Source: Chiloscyllium plagiosum (Eukaryota). Taken from it: a stretch of 37,138 bases of DNA. The notes below the pieces were generated by a model, which saw only the letters and a list, made by a program, of their open reading frames with translations, had not been told where the DNA came from and made no database searches. Where the stretch lies: NCBI RefSeq assembly GCF_004010195.1, contig NC_057758.1, forward strand, positions 5,723,946-5,761,083, in the 5' to 3' direction. Below are positions 10,606-23,387 of this stretch, one piece after another. How positions within the stretch are numbered: the first letter of the stretch is position 1; every line of letters begins with the position of its first letter. Made by a program: the position numbers and the translations under genes.

Positions 10606-10735
10606 TCCTGATTGTTCAACGGTGCGAAGGGATGCAGACACACCGTCCCTCTGATGGGACACGACATCTCTCGACATCGTGATGAGTGTGTCCTTTGCGT
10701 TTTGGCTGGTTAGACGAAGCAATGCTGTTGCTTGA
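10606..10735 (+). pseudogene. Possible degenerate TM exon, gene A (copy 1)
   Basis: Acceptor cattttctttag; PDCSTV..PSL*WDTTSLDIVMSVSFAFWLVRRS, partly hydrophobic ending in RR; weak. Confidence 0.25.
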
Positions 10736-11639
10736 CTCTGGAAGTTTGGCACTGAGCGATAACACGGTCATTGTAATGGAAAACGACAAACAAGATATTC
10801 ACGAGGGCATTTCTACTTACTGATTACCCCTCCACACCACCACCGTCTAGCCCCACCCCAAACGCTCCCCGTAATGGTGAGAACACCCTGATTTCAGTGA
10901 GAAATACGAGTCAGACAAGATGCAGCGATCAATGCATCGTGCTTTATTTTAATCTTTTCGGACGCAGTGGATGATAATGCTATTGATTCGATGGAATGGA
11001 GCAGAATCCGAATCATAGATTTGGCAGAATGCATCAGTCGGATCTCAGTCATGCCTCGCTCTGTGACACACTCTGTTTTCTCTTACTCAGTCTTTCAAAC
11101 AGTAGAACATGCCGGAGATGCATAACCCTTTCGGTGTCGTCTCACTTCCGCTACAGTAGGCACGCTTACACGTTGCTCCGAACTTTTACATCCGTTGTAG
11201 AAACCTGAAAAATAGAAAACATTATTATTAGGATTCATTGTTATAAACTGTCTGTGCTCAAAATAGACTGAAGCAAGGATACATCGAAGAGAACAGTGCA
11301 GTGTTGTCAAATAGAGGAATATTGAAAGCGGAATTATCCAGCATGCTCCACGTGTGCACCAACGGAAGGACGTAGAGAAGAGAACTCTGCAGTAACCTCT
11401 GATAGAGGATCATGGAGATCCAGGACTCTACACAGAGATCCAAGTGTGATCTAGCTGAGCGATATGGAGACCAGAAATTTTCATCGTGCTTAAATTTTTA
11501 TGGAAGTGAGGGATACGGTGAGCAGAACTGCATGCTGAGTTCCCAAAGTGTTCGCAATATGTGGTATGCAGATCAGAACTCTGTACAGGGCTCCAAATCT
11601 TTTGGACTGAGCGAAATCGAAACTGGATTTGTGCTCAAT

Positions 11640-12460
11640 TGTCAGAATATTGTACATTAGGATAAGATCTCCTTTCATTCATCTAACTCCAAATAGTGCA
11701 TCTCAATTAACATAACCACGGCTTTGACAAGAATTCTTCCATGCTCAGGCCAAGCAGTCGATCCTCTGTGTACTGCTTCCAATGCCAATCTGTATTTATG
11801 TGGTTAAATAGAGTTAAATATTTTTGCCATGTCCAGCCGTAGTTTGACCAGTCCATTGAACGATTTCAGCAAAACCACACGAATTATACACGACATTCCT
11901 TTAGAAATAAAGCTCACATTCCAGTTGCTGTCCCTCGTAAACACTGCACATGGATGCTGTATTTTCGAACTTCATGGATGAAGCCCCGCTAATCACCCGG
12001 TTCCAGAATGTTCTGCATTCTTTCTCCACTTTATAACATTGAACTATTCTATTTTTCCTGTCAAAATACACAATCTCAAATTCCCCCCCCCCCCCCCTTG
12101 TGTCGCAACTTCCATTTTTTTTCACATTCACATAGGTTCTCAATGTTCCTCTGTAGTATCTTTACATGATCCAAACGATTTGCCTTCCAGACTATCACAA
12201 TGTCATTGCAAACTTGGTTTAGGTGCATTCGCCTCCCTTGTTCAAGTAATTAATGTAGGCTTGAGGTAATTACAGCCCAAGCTCTGATCCCTGTGGCAGT
12301 CTCCGAGTTACAGTGGGCCACCCTGAAATTATCCCCTTATCCCGACTCTTTGGTTATTATTATTTAACCATATCGTTGATCCGTTGTAAGGTACTATCTC
12401 CAACATCTCTTTCTGAAATCTTATTAAATATCTTAATGTGTATCCAATGCTTTCTGAAAA
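11640..12460 (-). mobile_element. Old CR1 RT fragment
   Basis: Reverse-strand CR1-like signatures such as CAGCCCAAGCTCTGATCCCTGTGG (PQGSxLG) and CAGACTATCACAATGTCATTGCAAACTTGG; heavily diverged. Confidence 0.65.
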
Positions 12461-12789
12461 CATTATTTTTAAAAAAATTTAACGAATAACTCGCCTCCGA
12501 TTATTGCTGCAGTCCAATGATTTGTCTTTCTTGCTGAAGTTTTGCCCGTGTCAATGGCATGTCCTTGCGATGAAGATTTTCTTGCTGTTAATTTAGAGCC
12601 ATGCATTTCAGTCCGGTTATGCTGTTATCCTTGGGCAATTCTCCCCTCATCCCCATGTAGCTTGCTTTCTTTTAATTTCAGATATTTAGAAAAGCTTGGA
12701 GTGCTCAGTGTGAATCTTCATTGTCGATTTGAATTCCGTCTTATCACCTAACGCTCCAAGTCTTGTGTTCATGATGAATGAGAATAAAT

Positions 12790-13640
12790 AATAGTGATCA
12801 ATGGCTCCATCATCAACCCATTCCCTGTTTGAACCAGTGTCAAGCATTGTCCCATCAATGTTCCCAATCTAACTTTTTGCAATGCTTCACGTCACCGCCC
12901 CCAAGCTTCCCGCTGGAGTCATGCTAAACTCCGGTCCTAACAGGAATTAGTCATAATCCCAACGCCTTTAAAACCAAAACCAAAATCGCCCCAACTCAGT
13001 GTCATCGAGCTGCAGTACGTAGATGGTGTTTTTACTTGTGGATGCTATCTGAGGCTGTACTCAAGACCATTGTCAGGACCTTTACAGGGTCATATGATAA
13101 CATGGGTCTCGTCCTGAACATCCACACAACAGGCTCACAATTAACCTGGCTCGGCATCGCAGAGTGAATCCCCGATTATCAATGTCCAAGGGGAGGCTTT
13201 GGACCTTCCAACCCCTCCGGAGTACCGTGTCGACCATAGCAGGTGTTGCAAAGAGATCCAACAAAGCCTCCAGTGTGTTAGTACCGCCCTCTGCCGTCTG
13301 AGGGAAAGGGTGTTGGAGGACAACAATAGCAGATCCAACCACAAACTCATATTATACCGAGCTGTGGAGATACCCAACCTCCTATGTGTTTCTGAGAGGT
13401 GAACTGTCTGAAGCAAGGACCTCAAGGTGCTGAAGAAGTCCTACCAATGCTGCCCGAGCAAGAGCTTGTGAATCAGTTGGGAAGACAATTCATCAACTCC
13501 AGCGTCCTCGACCAGGCCATCATCCCCAGCATCGAGGCAATAACACACCGCCCCCGATCAGCTGAAATGGGCTGGCTGCATCGTCTCCATTACTGACCCT
13601 AGACACTCCCAAGCAGGTGCTCTACTCCCAGCTCTGAAAG
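12790..13640 (+). mobile_element. RTE-clade LINE RT fragment
   Basis: VIELQYVDG (YADD motif), EIQQSLQCVSTALCRLRERVLED..HKLILYRAVEIPNLLCVSE, typical of RTE RT C-terminal region. Confidence 0.8.
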
Positions 13641-13689
13641 TATGAGAGGTCCCTATCCTGCTTCCCACTTTGCCTGACTTTCCACAATG

Positions 13690-14010
13690 TTGTGTATCCA
13701 TGCATATTAATACCCTACCTTTATGTTCACCCTGTGACCACATCACCCTGATTAAATAGAAATCACAATACACGTATTAATCCTATTTCAGCAACTTCAG
13801 GATTCATATTAAGAAACAGTAGCTTACTATTTCACCACAATTCCCTGTCACAAACTTTATTTGCTCATGTACAATTTTAGTGAAACACAGGCCATTCCTG
13901 TTTCTTGCTTCAGCCGTATCCCCATGGTGTTCCAATATTTCAAAATTTCCCCGCGGACTTGGAATTTGCTTTCACCTGAGCCGTGCTTCTACTCATCGAT
14001 GTCCGTTTAA
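13690..14010 (-). mobile_element. Old CR1-like fragment (homologous to ~17380-17690)
   Basis: CACAATTCCCTGTCACAAAC..CAATTTTA shared with 17506-17548; upstream part resembles the endonuclease ETW region. Confidence 0.5.
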
Positions 14011-14280
14011 TAGACTCTGTATATTTATGGTCATATGATTGACCAGAGCACTTGCCCCAGCACAGTTCCAGATGAGCCCATCCTGATGTAATAGCTCACT
14101 CCTCACTGAGGACTGTTAGCAGTCTTCATTGAATACGTAATACTCACTGCATCAGTCTAATTTCTGACTCTTCCTATTTCTCGGTCTCCGGCAGGTGCAT
14201 AGAACGTTCTTGACTCAACAGAATTCGGAAAATCATCTCGTCCATCCCCGCATGGAAGACGGTTGGTCAGCCAAAGAGCG

Positions 14281-14322
14281 ATGGAGAGTGTCATCTGGAC
14301 CCTTCAGTAAATCTTGCAGTCG
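14281..14322 (+). pseudogene. Candidate leader exon, gene B
   Basis: ATG GAG AGT GTC ATC TGG ACC CTT CAG TAA ATC TTG CAG TCG|gtaag (MESVIWTLQ*IL..); short intron to acceptor ttcattgtcaccag at 14446. Confidence 0.3.
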
Positions 14323-14447
14323 GTAAGATCACTCACAAGAGACAGCATGTGGAGGTAAGCGGACTGCTATATTCAGACCCACAAAACAGGGCATAGGTAC
14401 AGTACTGGGCAGGGAAACGTAACGCTCTCGGCTTCATTGTCACCAGC

Positions 14448-15245
14448 TTGATAGGATGGAGAACTGGGCTTAGACGTGTCAAACGCATTTACAGTTGGAA
14501 AGGTTGAAGTGATTAATTTTGGAAGGTCAAATTTAAAAGCAGATTACAGGGCTCTAGGCAGAATTCTTGGTAGTGTGTAGTAACAGAGGGATCTTGGGGT
14601 TAATGTACATTGATCCACACAAGTGGATTGCCACACAAGTGGATTGGGTTGTTGAGAAGGCTTATGGTGTGTTGGCTTTCATTAGCTGGGGGACTGAGTT
14701 TAAGAATGGTGTGGTTTTGATGTAGATCCCTCGAGACCTGGTAAGACCAGACTTGCAAAATTGCTTTCGGTTCTAGTCCCTTCCACAGAAAGGATGTGAA
14801 AGCTTTTTAGTGGGTACTGACGTGCTTTACAGTCATGCTGCCTGTACTCTGGGGTATTTGTTATGAAGAAAGGTTAAGGGAGCCAAGACCATTCTGATTG
14901 GAGCGAGGAAGGTTCTGGAGCCACTTGATAAAGGTGAACAAGATGATGAGAGGTATAGATAGAGTGAATAGTCAGCGATTTTATACCATGGCAGAAATAG
15001 ATATCACAAGAGGATAATTATTGGAAGGCTTCGGGGAGATTTCAGGTTTCTGTTCTTGACACAGAGTGGTGTGCATTTGAATTGCACTGTCAATGGTAGG
15101 AGGAGAGTCAGATACTTTAGCGACATTTAAGAGACACTTGGATAGGCACACAGAATATAGTAAAATGAAAGCTATGCAGGTTTGTTTGACCATAGAGTAG
15201 GATCAAAGGTTGTATTGGACTGTGTTCCGTGTTTCACGTTCCGTA
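14448..15245 (+). mobile_element. CR1 LINE 3' portion, degenerate
   Basis: DRMENWA..EVINFGR..KAYGVLAFIS..RGIDRV..FKRHLD, ends with GTGTTCCGTGTTTCACGTTCC tail. Confidence 0.88.
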
Positions 15246-15254
15246 TGGTGGACT

Positions 15255-15845
15255 GGGCAATCAGTTCAGATCAACGTTAAAGGAGATGGCATCTAGGAGG
15301 AGCTAGCCAAACGGATATAAAATTGGTTTGATTGGTTGAGACAGAGGGTAGTGCGAGACGTTTTGATTTGCTGACTGGAGGCATGTGCCCAGCGGTGTAG
15401 TGGGTCCATTGTTATTTTTCTTTTGGATAAATGATTTGGATGAGAATTTTGGTTTCCTGGGAAGTAAGTTTGTAAGTGACACTACAATTGGTAATATAGT
15501 AGGAAGTGAAGAAGGTTATCTGTGATCCATAAGGATTAACAGCATTTTTGGAATAGTGGGACGAAGAATAGCAGATAGAGTTCATTTCGATAAATTTGAA
15601 ATAATCCGTTTTAGTGAAGCAAACCAGAACGGAACTCGGGCAGTTTTGTTTTGGTATTGGGGTCGTGTTGTTAATACGTGACCTCGGGTTTCAGGTGCAC
15701 AGTTCTTTAGAAGTGGCGTTCCAGGTGGATAGAGTAGTGAAGCAGGCATTTGGGTTCCGTTTCTTCATTGATCAGACCATTGAGAGTAGCAGTTGGGATA
15801 TTATGTTGTGGTTAAACAAGACTCTGTTGGTGCCACCATAAAAGC
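15255..15845 (+). mobile_element. CR1 RT fragment
   Basis: RQRVV..INDLDE..SKF..DTTIG..V.SEEG..QVDRVVKQAFG. Confidence 0.85.
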
Positions 15846-16359
15846 ATTGCTCATCAGTCGGAAGACTCATCTGGTTCACTTACGTCCTTTAGAAATGGAC
15901 AACTGACATTCTAACCAGGTCTGGCTCACAGTGACCTCAGACCCACAGCAGTATGGCAAGAATGAGCTGCCCTCTGGGCGATTAGCTGTTGGGCAAAAAA
16001 GGCAGGTAAAATCAGTGACACGCTTTAACACAGTTCTTTAGAAGTGGCGTTCCAGGTGGATAGAGTAGTGAAGCAGGCATTTGGGTTCCGTTTCTTCATT
16101 GATCAGAGCATTGAGAGTAGGAGTTGGGATATTATGTTGTGGTTAAACAAGACTCTGTTGGTGCCACCATAAAAGCATTGCTGATCGTAGGAAGAACTCA
16201 TCTGGTTCACTTACGTCCTTTAGAAATGGACAACTGACATTCTAACCAGGTCTGGCTCACAGTGACCTCAGACCCACAGCAGTATGGCAAGAATGAGCTG
16301 CCCTCTGGGCGATTAGCTGTTGGGCAAAAAAGGCAGGTAAACTCAGTGACACGCTTTAA
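15698..16359 (+). repeat. 331-bp tandem duplication
   Basis: AGTTCTTTAGAAGTGGCG at 15701 and 16032; both copies end CAGTGACACGCTTTAA. Confidence 0.95.
15850..16028 (+). mobile_element. LF-SINE-like SINE 3' fragment (second copy ~16180-16359)
   Basis: CATCTGGTTCACTTACGTCCTTTAG..AGGTCTGGC..GTGACCTCAGACCCACAGCA..GCCCTCTGGGCGATTAG..GGGCAA resembles the LF-SINE-type 3' region, from recall. Confidence 0.5.
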
Positions 16360-16719
16360 TAAAAATACATACTTCCCTCTCTACCACTGCAAACATCTCC
16401 AGTTGCAGCATTTTCTTTTGGTTTTGTAATACCGTCAGACCTGGTGACTCTCTGGACATTCAAACCACCGCCAGCACCTTCACTTCTACCTTTTCCTCTG
16501 TATGTCATTCAACCCCGACTATGATTACTCTTCCCACGACCCTCCTCCTGCTGGTATTCCATACCTTTAACATTTATTCCTAAAACACTCCCTCACTTCA
16601 GATTTTAATGTAATGTTTGGTGATCTTCCAAGCCTCAAAATATACTATAATCCGTTTTGGTGACAGTGAGGCACGAGTGGCAATTTCATGCTGAGGTTTT
16701 GTCTGTTTCAATGGAATAT

Positions 16720-17692
16720 CATTTTGTTGAGTGATTTACATTGTTCCTTCAAATTTTTACCACTGCTCGTTTGCAGACAGACATTTTTCTCTGTTTAGCA
16801 AGTTTCCCTTAGTCAGTTTTCCCCTCAAACTCATTTAAAAGGCAATTTTGTTTCTAGTTGTAGCTTTCTGTGATTCTCTTTAAAACTTTATTTTTCTTTA
16901 AACTGCATGTAATCAAAATTTCCCAGAGGATCTCACCATATGATATTACTCATTCACTCAGTTTCATGACACATTGGTCGATCTGAGATAGTTATGTCCC
17001 AGCCAGTTTCACAATGTGTTATTTAAAGAAACACTGACAGGAACATTCCCAAAACTCATTCTGCTATGTTACTCTTGCTAATGTGATAGTCCAAGATTAT
17101 ACGAATATTGAGGATTCCCAAACTTATTGCAATGCCATGGTTAAACATTCCAATGAATTCCAGTTAAATGCAGTGATCAACAATGAGATGCTGTAAGATG
17201 CCCTAAAACCTTTCTCCTACGTGAGTCATTGGAGGGTAGGAGCCATAACTCACATCCATACTGACATTAATTCATGAACTGAGACCAAATGCTTTCTCGC
17301 TCATATCTTTGTTATACATTACTGTCATTGTTATCCATACTGCTTTTCCCATTCTGGCAAAGACCCCAAAACGTTGTGTGCCATTGAATATTCATGTTCC
17401 ACCTTTTATTCAACCTGTAACCATGTATCTCAGGTGGCACAAATCGGTCTACCTTATTGTGGAGACTTTGTCCATTCCAGAGAAATCACATAATTTACTC
17501 TTTCCCACAATTTCCTGTCACAAACCTATGCGCTGATATGCAATTTTAATTAAATTCCGCTCCATCCTGTTCCGGTGTGCACATATTCAGCCACATCTCC
17601 ATGTTTTCCAGATTTTTCACGTTTTCTCTTTGAATTTGGAAAACTCCTTTCACGTGAACCCTGTCTCTGCATCCTCTCTGTCGGTTTACAAA
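16720..17692 (-). mobile_element. Old CR1 endonuclease-region fragment
   Basis: Minus strand GAGATACATGGTTACAGG..GAATATTCAATG (ETWLQ..NIQ) and GSGEIL-like segments. Confidence 0.55.
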
Positions 17693-18192
17693 NNNNNNNN
17701 NNNNNNNNNNNNNNNNNNNNNNNNNNNNNNNNNNNNNNNNNNNNNNNNNNNNNNNNNNNNNNNNNNNNNNNNNNNNNNNNNNNNNNNNNNNNNNNNNNNN
17801 NNNNNNNNNNNNNNNNNNNNNNNNNNNNNNNNNNNNNNNNNNNNNNNNNNNNNNNNNNNNNNNNNNNNNNNNNNNNNNNNNNNNNNNNNNNNNNNNNNNN
17901 NNNNNNNNNNNNNNNNNNNNNNNNNNNNNNNNNNNNNNNNNNNNNNNNNNNNNNNNNNNNNNNNNNNNNNNNNNNNNNNNNNNNNNNNNNNNNNNNNNNN
18001 NNNNNNNNNNNNNNNNNNNNNNNNNNNNNNNNNNNNNNNNNNNNNNNNNNNNNNNNNNNNNNNNNNNNNNNNNNNNNNNNNNNNNNNNNNNNNNNNNNNN
18101 NNNNNNNNNNNNNNNNNNNNNNNNNNNNNNNNNNNNNNNNNNNNNNNNNNNNNNNNNNNNNNNNNNNNNNNNNNNNNNNNNNNNNNNNNNNN

Positions 18193-19010
18193 GCATACAG
18201 TCCCAGTATCCTCAAAGGTTGCTCATTTGTTAAAGACTTTTATTTTTGGGTTCATTCTCGTCGACATTTTCTGGATACGCTCAAGGTCCAATACATCGTT
18301 TCTTGGGTGTGATGAACCAAAACTGATCACAATATTCTAAACATGTCTGACCAGAGACTTATAAAGCCCCAGAAGTACACCGCTGCTTTCATATTCCATT
18401 CCTCTCGAGATGAATGAAAACGTTATATTTGCCTTCCGAACTACTGAATGAACCTACAAGTTTATCTTAAGAGAAGTCGGGAGTAGAACTCCCAAGTCAC
18501 GTTGCACGTCACAATTATGAACTTTGTCCCCATTTTGACAATATCTTTGCCTTTAATCTTCTGACCAAAAAGCACGACCTAATAGTTTCTCAAATTGTAT
18601 ATCATTTGCCAATTCAATGCCATTCATCTAATCTGGTGAAATTATTCTGCAGTCTCCTCATCTCCTAATACTCCCTGATCCTGCACGTATCTTTGCACCA
18701 TTTGTAAAATGAGCAATAAGGCCCTCAATTCCTTCATGCACAATGTTAATTTATGAAGTGAAAAGTTATCCCAACACCGAGCCTTACGGAACAGTCACTG
18801 GCTTCAGTCTTGAAACGGACGTTATTATTCCAACTCTTTGCCTTCACACAGACAGTCTATCACCCACCCATACTCGGACATTGCCTCGAACACGACGGGC
18901 CCTTATCTAACTCCGATGCGCCACATTATCAAAGACTTTTTGGAAGTCCAGTTAGAGAATATACACTGAATGTCGTTGGTCTCATTTGCTTGTTACCTTC
19001 TCAAGGAATT
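18193..19010 (-). mobile_element. CR1 RT fragment
   Basis: Reverse-strand CR1 RT signatures (CCAAAACTGATCACAATATTCT, GCACGTATCTTTGCACCATTTGTAAAA, TTATCAAAGACTTTTTGGAAGTC). Confidence 0.8.
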
Positions 19011-19039
19011 CCAGTAGATTCCCTTGTGAGTTCGAGCAG

Positions 19040-22000
19040 CTGGAGTACAGAGAGGAGGACGTCGAGCCTGCTGGGAATTTAAGGATTTCTATAAAGGGAC
19101 CTACCTTCACGTGCCAGGGTCCTTTTCGAATTCGAGTGGCTGGAGCAGAGAGTGAAGAAAACGAAGCCTTCTAGGTCGGTAAGGGTTTCTACAAATGGAT
19201 CTCTCTTCGCGTGCCAGAGGCCTTTTCGAGTTCGGGTAGAGGGCACAGGAAGCGGAGCCAGCTGGGAACGTAAATTATTGATTTTTTTCAGTGGGCGCGA
19301 TTATTCGGCAGGCTGAGGGACTAATTGAGTGGATGTACAGGGAGATGGTCAGTCTTCAGGCGAATGATTTGGACAGCTGGGTTACAGTCAGGGGGCGGAA
19401 AGGCAATGGACGGACCGACGAAGGATCCTTTGTGGCCTTTCCACCCTCAATCAATAAGCATACCGTTTTCAATACTGCTGATGTGGACGGCCAAATACGG
19501 GAATGCCATGATTGTCAGGTCTCTGACACTCAGCCTGGCAGTGTTTCTCAGAAGGGAATGGTAGAGAATAGAAAAGCGCTAGTGGTAGTGGACTCAATCA
19601 TTATATCGATTGACATAAGATTTTGTGATCAGGAATGGGACTCCCCCAAGGTATGTTGCCTCACAGTGACTGGGATGTCGCTGATCAGGATTACAAGATC
19701 CTGAAGGGTGAGGGTGATCAGCCAGAAATCGTGGTACATATTGGCACCAATGACAAAGCCTGGAAAAGGATTTAGGATCTGAAAGGTGACTACAGAGAGC
19801 AAGTATGCAAGTTGAATAGGAGGACGAGTAGAGTAGTGTTATCTGGTTTGCTACTGGTGTCACGGGACAGCAGCGTGAAGAACAGTCCGCGAGCGCAGCT
19901 AAGCACGTGTCTGCCCGGCTGGTGCAGGGGGACCATCTGAGCAATGGTCAGATACTAAGACCATTGGGTTGCCTTATTCGGAAGATCGGACATGTACATA
20001 AAGGACGGGTTGCACCTGAACTGGAGGGGCACAGATGTCCTGGGTAGGAAATATGCTCGAGTGGTTAGGGAGGGTTTTGAATCGTTAGGCACGGCTGTGG
20101 GAACAAGAGCAACACATCAAACGGGGGCGGGGGTAGCCGTAGATGAGGCAGGATGCAGTAAATCTATCGGGAAAGTTTTTCATGTGGTGAAACAAAGGGA
20201 TAGGTTAAACTACATCTGCTTTAACGCAAAGACTGTCAGAAATAACAGAGACCAATTTAGAGCATGGATCAGTACTTAGGACGATGATGTTGTGGTCATA
20301 ACGGAGACGTGGTGTTCACAGGGGCAGGAATGGTTGTCAGATATTCCAGGGCATAGAACATTTGAAAAGAACAGAACGTGGGTAAAAAGATGTGGAGGCA
20401 TCACATTGCTAATCAGGGAGTGCTTCACAGCTACAGAAATGAAGGTGGTCGAGGAAGTTTTGAGTACTGAGTCAGTATGGCTGGATTTTAGGTACAGCAA
20501 GGGTGCAGTCACCGCATTGGGGGTCATCTCCAGATCCCCTAATAGTACCAGGGATATCGAAAAACTCATAGACCGGCAGAGTTTTGGAAAAGTTCAGACG
20601 TACCAGAGTTATTGTTATTGGTTTCCTTACTCAGTATGTCGACTGGCCGACGATGGGCGAGAACATTTTGAATTTGATTATCGGAAATGAGCCAGGGCAG
20701 GTGCCAGATCTCGTGGTGCGAGAACACTTTGGTGACAGTGACCACGACTGCCTGACATTACCATAGCCATAGAAAAGGAAAGCAACAGTTAGCATGGCAA
20801 ATATTCAAATTGGGAAAAGGAGTTTATGACACTTACAGACAGGAGTTGAGATGGACAGATTGGGCGCAATTGTTCCACCAAAATGGCACCATAGACATGT
20901 GGAGACTGTTTAAGGAGTAGTTTTTGCGAATGAAGCACAAGGAAGTTCCTCTGAAATATGCAAGAAAGGGTAAGATTGAGGAGCCTTGGATGATGAGACC
21001 AGAGTAGCTTTTCTTCAAAAGGAAATAGGGTGTTTCCGTAAGGTGGAGGAAGCAAGGTTTTGCACAGCTTCAGAGTATTATAGGCTTGCTTGGAAGGAGT
21101 TCAAAAATGCACTGAGGTCGAAGGGGACATGAAAAAGTGTTAGCAGGAAGGATTAGGGAAACCCAAAGGCATTTTACTCATACGTGAGGAACAACAGAGT
21201 AATCAGGGAGAAGTTAGGGTCGATCAGGGATAGCAAAGGGAACTTGTGCGTGGAGGCTGAGCAGAAAGGATGAGCCCTGAATGGCGTGTTGGCTTCGGTT
21301 TTCACTAACGAAAGGGACGCTTCTGTGAATAAGAACTTTGAGGAGTGGGGAAACAGGCTGGAACAGATCGAGATTGAGAATGTTTATATGCAGGAAATTT
21401 TGGCAAACATTAAAATTGATACGTCCCCTGAGCCAGACGAGATTAATCCGAAGTTGTCTGAGACGCGAGAAGTGAGGTTGCTAAGCCGTTAGCGAATTTC
21501 TTTCTTTCTCTTCCTAAGGGACTCATACCAGTGGATTGGAGGGAGGTGAATAAAGTTCCTCTTTTCAAGAAGGAGTGTAGGGAAATCTCTGGGAATTACA
21601 GACTTCTCAGTCTTAAGTCCATGATCTGCAAGGTTTTGGAAAGAATTCTGAGGGGTGATATTTATGAGCATTTGGAAAGGCATATTAAAGGCAGACAGCA
21701 TGCCTTTGTGAGCAGCAGGTCGTGCCTCACAAATATTACTGCGTTCATTGAGGAGGTGACGAGACAGGCTTAGCGAAGATCGAGCAGCGGATATGGTCTA
21801 TATCAATTTCAGCATGGCATTTGATCAGATTCCTCACGGTCGACTTACGAGTAATGTCAGGAGGTATGGTATGCTGGGAGATTTGGCTGCCTGGATTCAG
21901 AATTGATTGGCTGACAGAAGGCAGTGAGTGGCTGGAGATGGAGGGTATTCAGGCTGGAGGTCAGTGGTGTGTGGCATCCCGCAGAGCTCTGTTCTCGACC

Positions 22001-22145
22001 ATCAGTTCTTTGTAGTTTTTGTGAATGACTTAGATGAGGAGGTTGAGGGGTGGGTTTTAAAATTTGTCAATGACACAATAGTATTGAGAAATATTGCAGG
22101 CTGCAGCGTGACATTGGCAGAATACAGAGCTGAGCACAGAAATGG
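19040..22145 (+). mobile_element. CR1 LINE, 5' ~3 kb (ORF1 SGNH-esterase type, APE, RT), 3'-truncated, degenerate
   Basis: SWVTVRG, VVDSII, HIGTND, DGLHLNWRGT (ORF1); CFNAKTVRN, ITETW (APE); DWREVNKVPLFKK, GNYRL, FVNDLDEEV (RT). Confidence 0.93.
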
Positions 22146-22451
22146 TAAGTAATTAATCCGGGGAGCGAATCAATTGCATGAATGACAGTTATTCAAAGAA
22201 TAATGTCAGGGAAGATTTTTTTTGGCTGGAACAGTAGATTGAAAGAAACAGTCATTTCAAATGCAAACAAAAAGTCTGGCGTCTTACTACCGAGGAAGCA
22301 ATGGGAATTTTTCTCAATTGAATTACACTGTCAATAATTGTGGCTAACTTCTGGTGCCCCAAATCCATCTGATAGCGCACTATATCTCTTTTATCTGTTT
22401 CAGGCTGAAACCCTCTGAGCTATCTAAGCTGTTCCTTTCGTGCATCTTGAG

Positions 22452-22735
22452 AACCTCCCACTGTGGTGGTTGTCTTTGCTCTGAACTCCGAAACGTCCCA
22501 TGTCCCGACATTCACTCGGCCATGTCGGTCTCAGTATTTCAAGAAAGCTGGCGATATTACTGTTCTCTGGGCTATGCCGCCTTCTCCTGTGTATCAGGAG
22601 CGCTTTATGTATCTTCATCAATTGACTTGTGTTTTGTCCATGCCAACTAACTAACAACTGAGTGTTTGAGATACATGGTGACTCACCACCTCTAATAGTT
22701 GCTCAGGGCCTAAAAGTGTACGATCTGTCTTACGG
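22452..22735 (+). pseudogene. Degenerate Ig C1-like exon, gene B exon C-a (copy 2)
   Basis: ag|AA CCT CCC ACT GTG (xPPTVVVV)...CRSQYFKKAGDITVLW...QLTCVLSM; shifted YMVTH; donor gtaagt at 22736. Confidence 0.55.
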
Positions 22736-22911
22736 GTAAGTGAATATATTCTGATATTTTGATTGCATTCTTTATAACCAATGTCTCCCCATCTCCGTTA
22801 TGACTTTGCCTATTCATTGCAGCTTCCCAAACAAAATGCGGAGAATGAAAAGTTGTCCAGCTGGCTATGCAATTGTGTAGATTTTTTATTCTGTGATATT
22901 TCTGCTTTCAG

Positions 22912-23135
22912 AATCTGAACCATCCTCCGTGAATCTCAGAGAATTCAACAGAAACGTTCATGAATGCACGAAGCGAATTCGTTGGCAGATCTCCCCACAC
23001 TAATGTTGATGTCAGCTCACAACCTGTCTGGTCGCATAAGATTCTAGGGAGAAACAAATCGATGGTCTTGAAACTTGACTCACAGAAACATACTACTGAG
23101 GAATGTCTTAGTTGCTGTAATCATCGCGAAAAGAT
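22912..23135 (+). pseudogene. Degenerate Ig C-like exon, gene B exon C-b (copy 2); 3' end approximate
   Basis: Paralog of 1086-1309 with the same acceptor tctgctttcag. Confidence 0.33.
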
Positions 23136-23180
23136 GTATATTATCTCACATAGCAAACACCACTAAACTCTGTTGTCACG

Positions 23181-23355
23181 AAATTCGTTGATTGCTCAAT
23201 TTGGTCCCCATCTGGAAGCAATAATTTATCTCAAACATGTATTTTATTGCACAAGACGACATATTATGATAATAAGATGTCGTCTTGTGCGATAAAAGAG
23301 ATCTTTGAGAGAAAATATTGCTTACAGATGGGGAACAAATCTGCAAGAACGAAAT
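23181..23355. repeat. Palindrome, paralog of 1356-1529
   Basis: GCACAAGACGACATATTAT-gata-ATAAGATGTCGTCTTGTGC core retained. Confidence 0.8.
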
Positions 23356-23387
23356 GTTAAGAACATAGAACATAGAACAATACAGCA

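Larger units (their letters stand above)
184..12800 (+). repeat. Segmental duplication, copy 1
   Basis: Colinear with 22220-37138 from TTTTGGCTGGAACAGTAGATTG to GAGAATAAATAATAGTGATCAA; many ORF-track peptides are paired (e.g. 1134/22960, 4812/28777, 12542/36879). Confidence 0.97.

Noticed and set aside
11091..11160. ITIM-bearing cytoplasmic exon
   Set aside because: A good acceptor is present but no intact tyrosine motif can be read, so inhibitory function cannot be claimed.
17546..17692. Minus-strand RDRV..DVAEYVHTGTG resembling a V-domain end
   Set aside because: Opposite strand to all other exons, contiguous with a CR1 endonuclease remnant, and homologous to the LINE-like piece at ~13870-14010.
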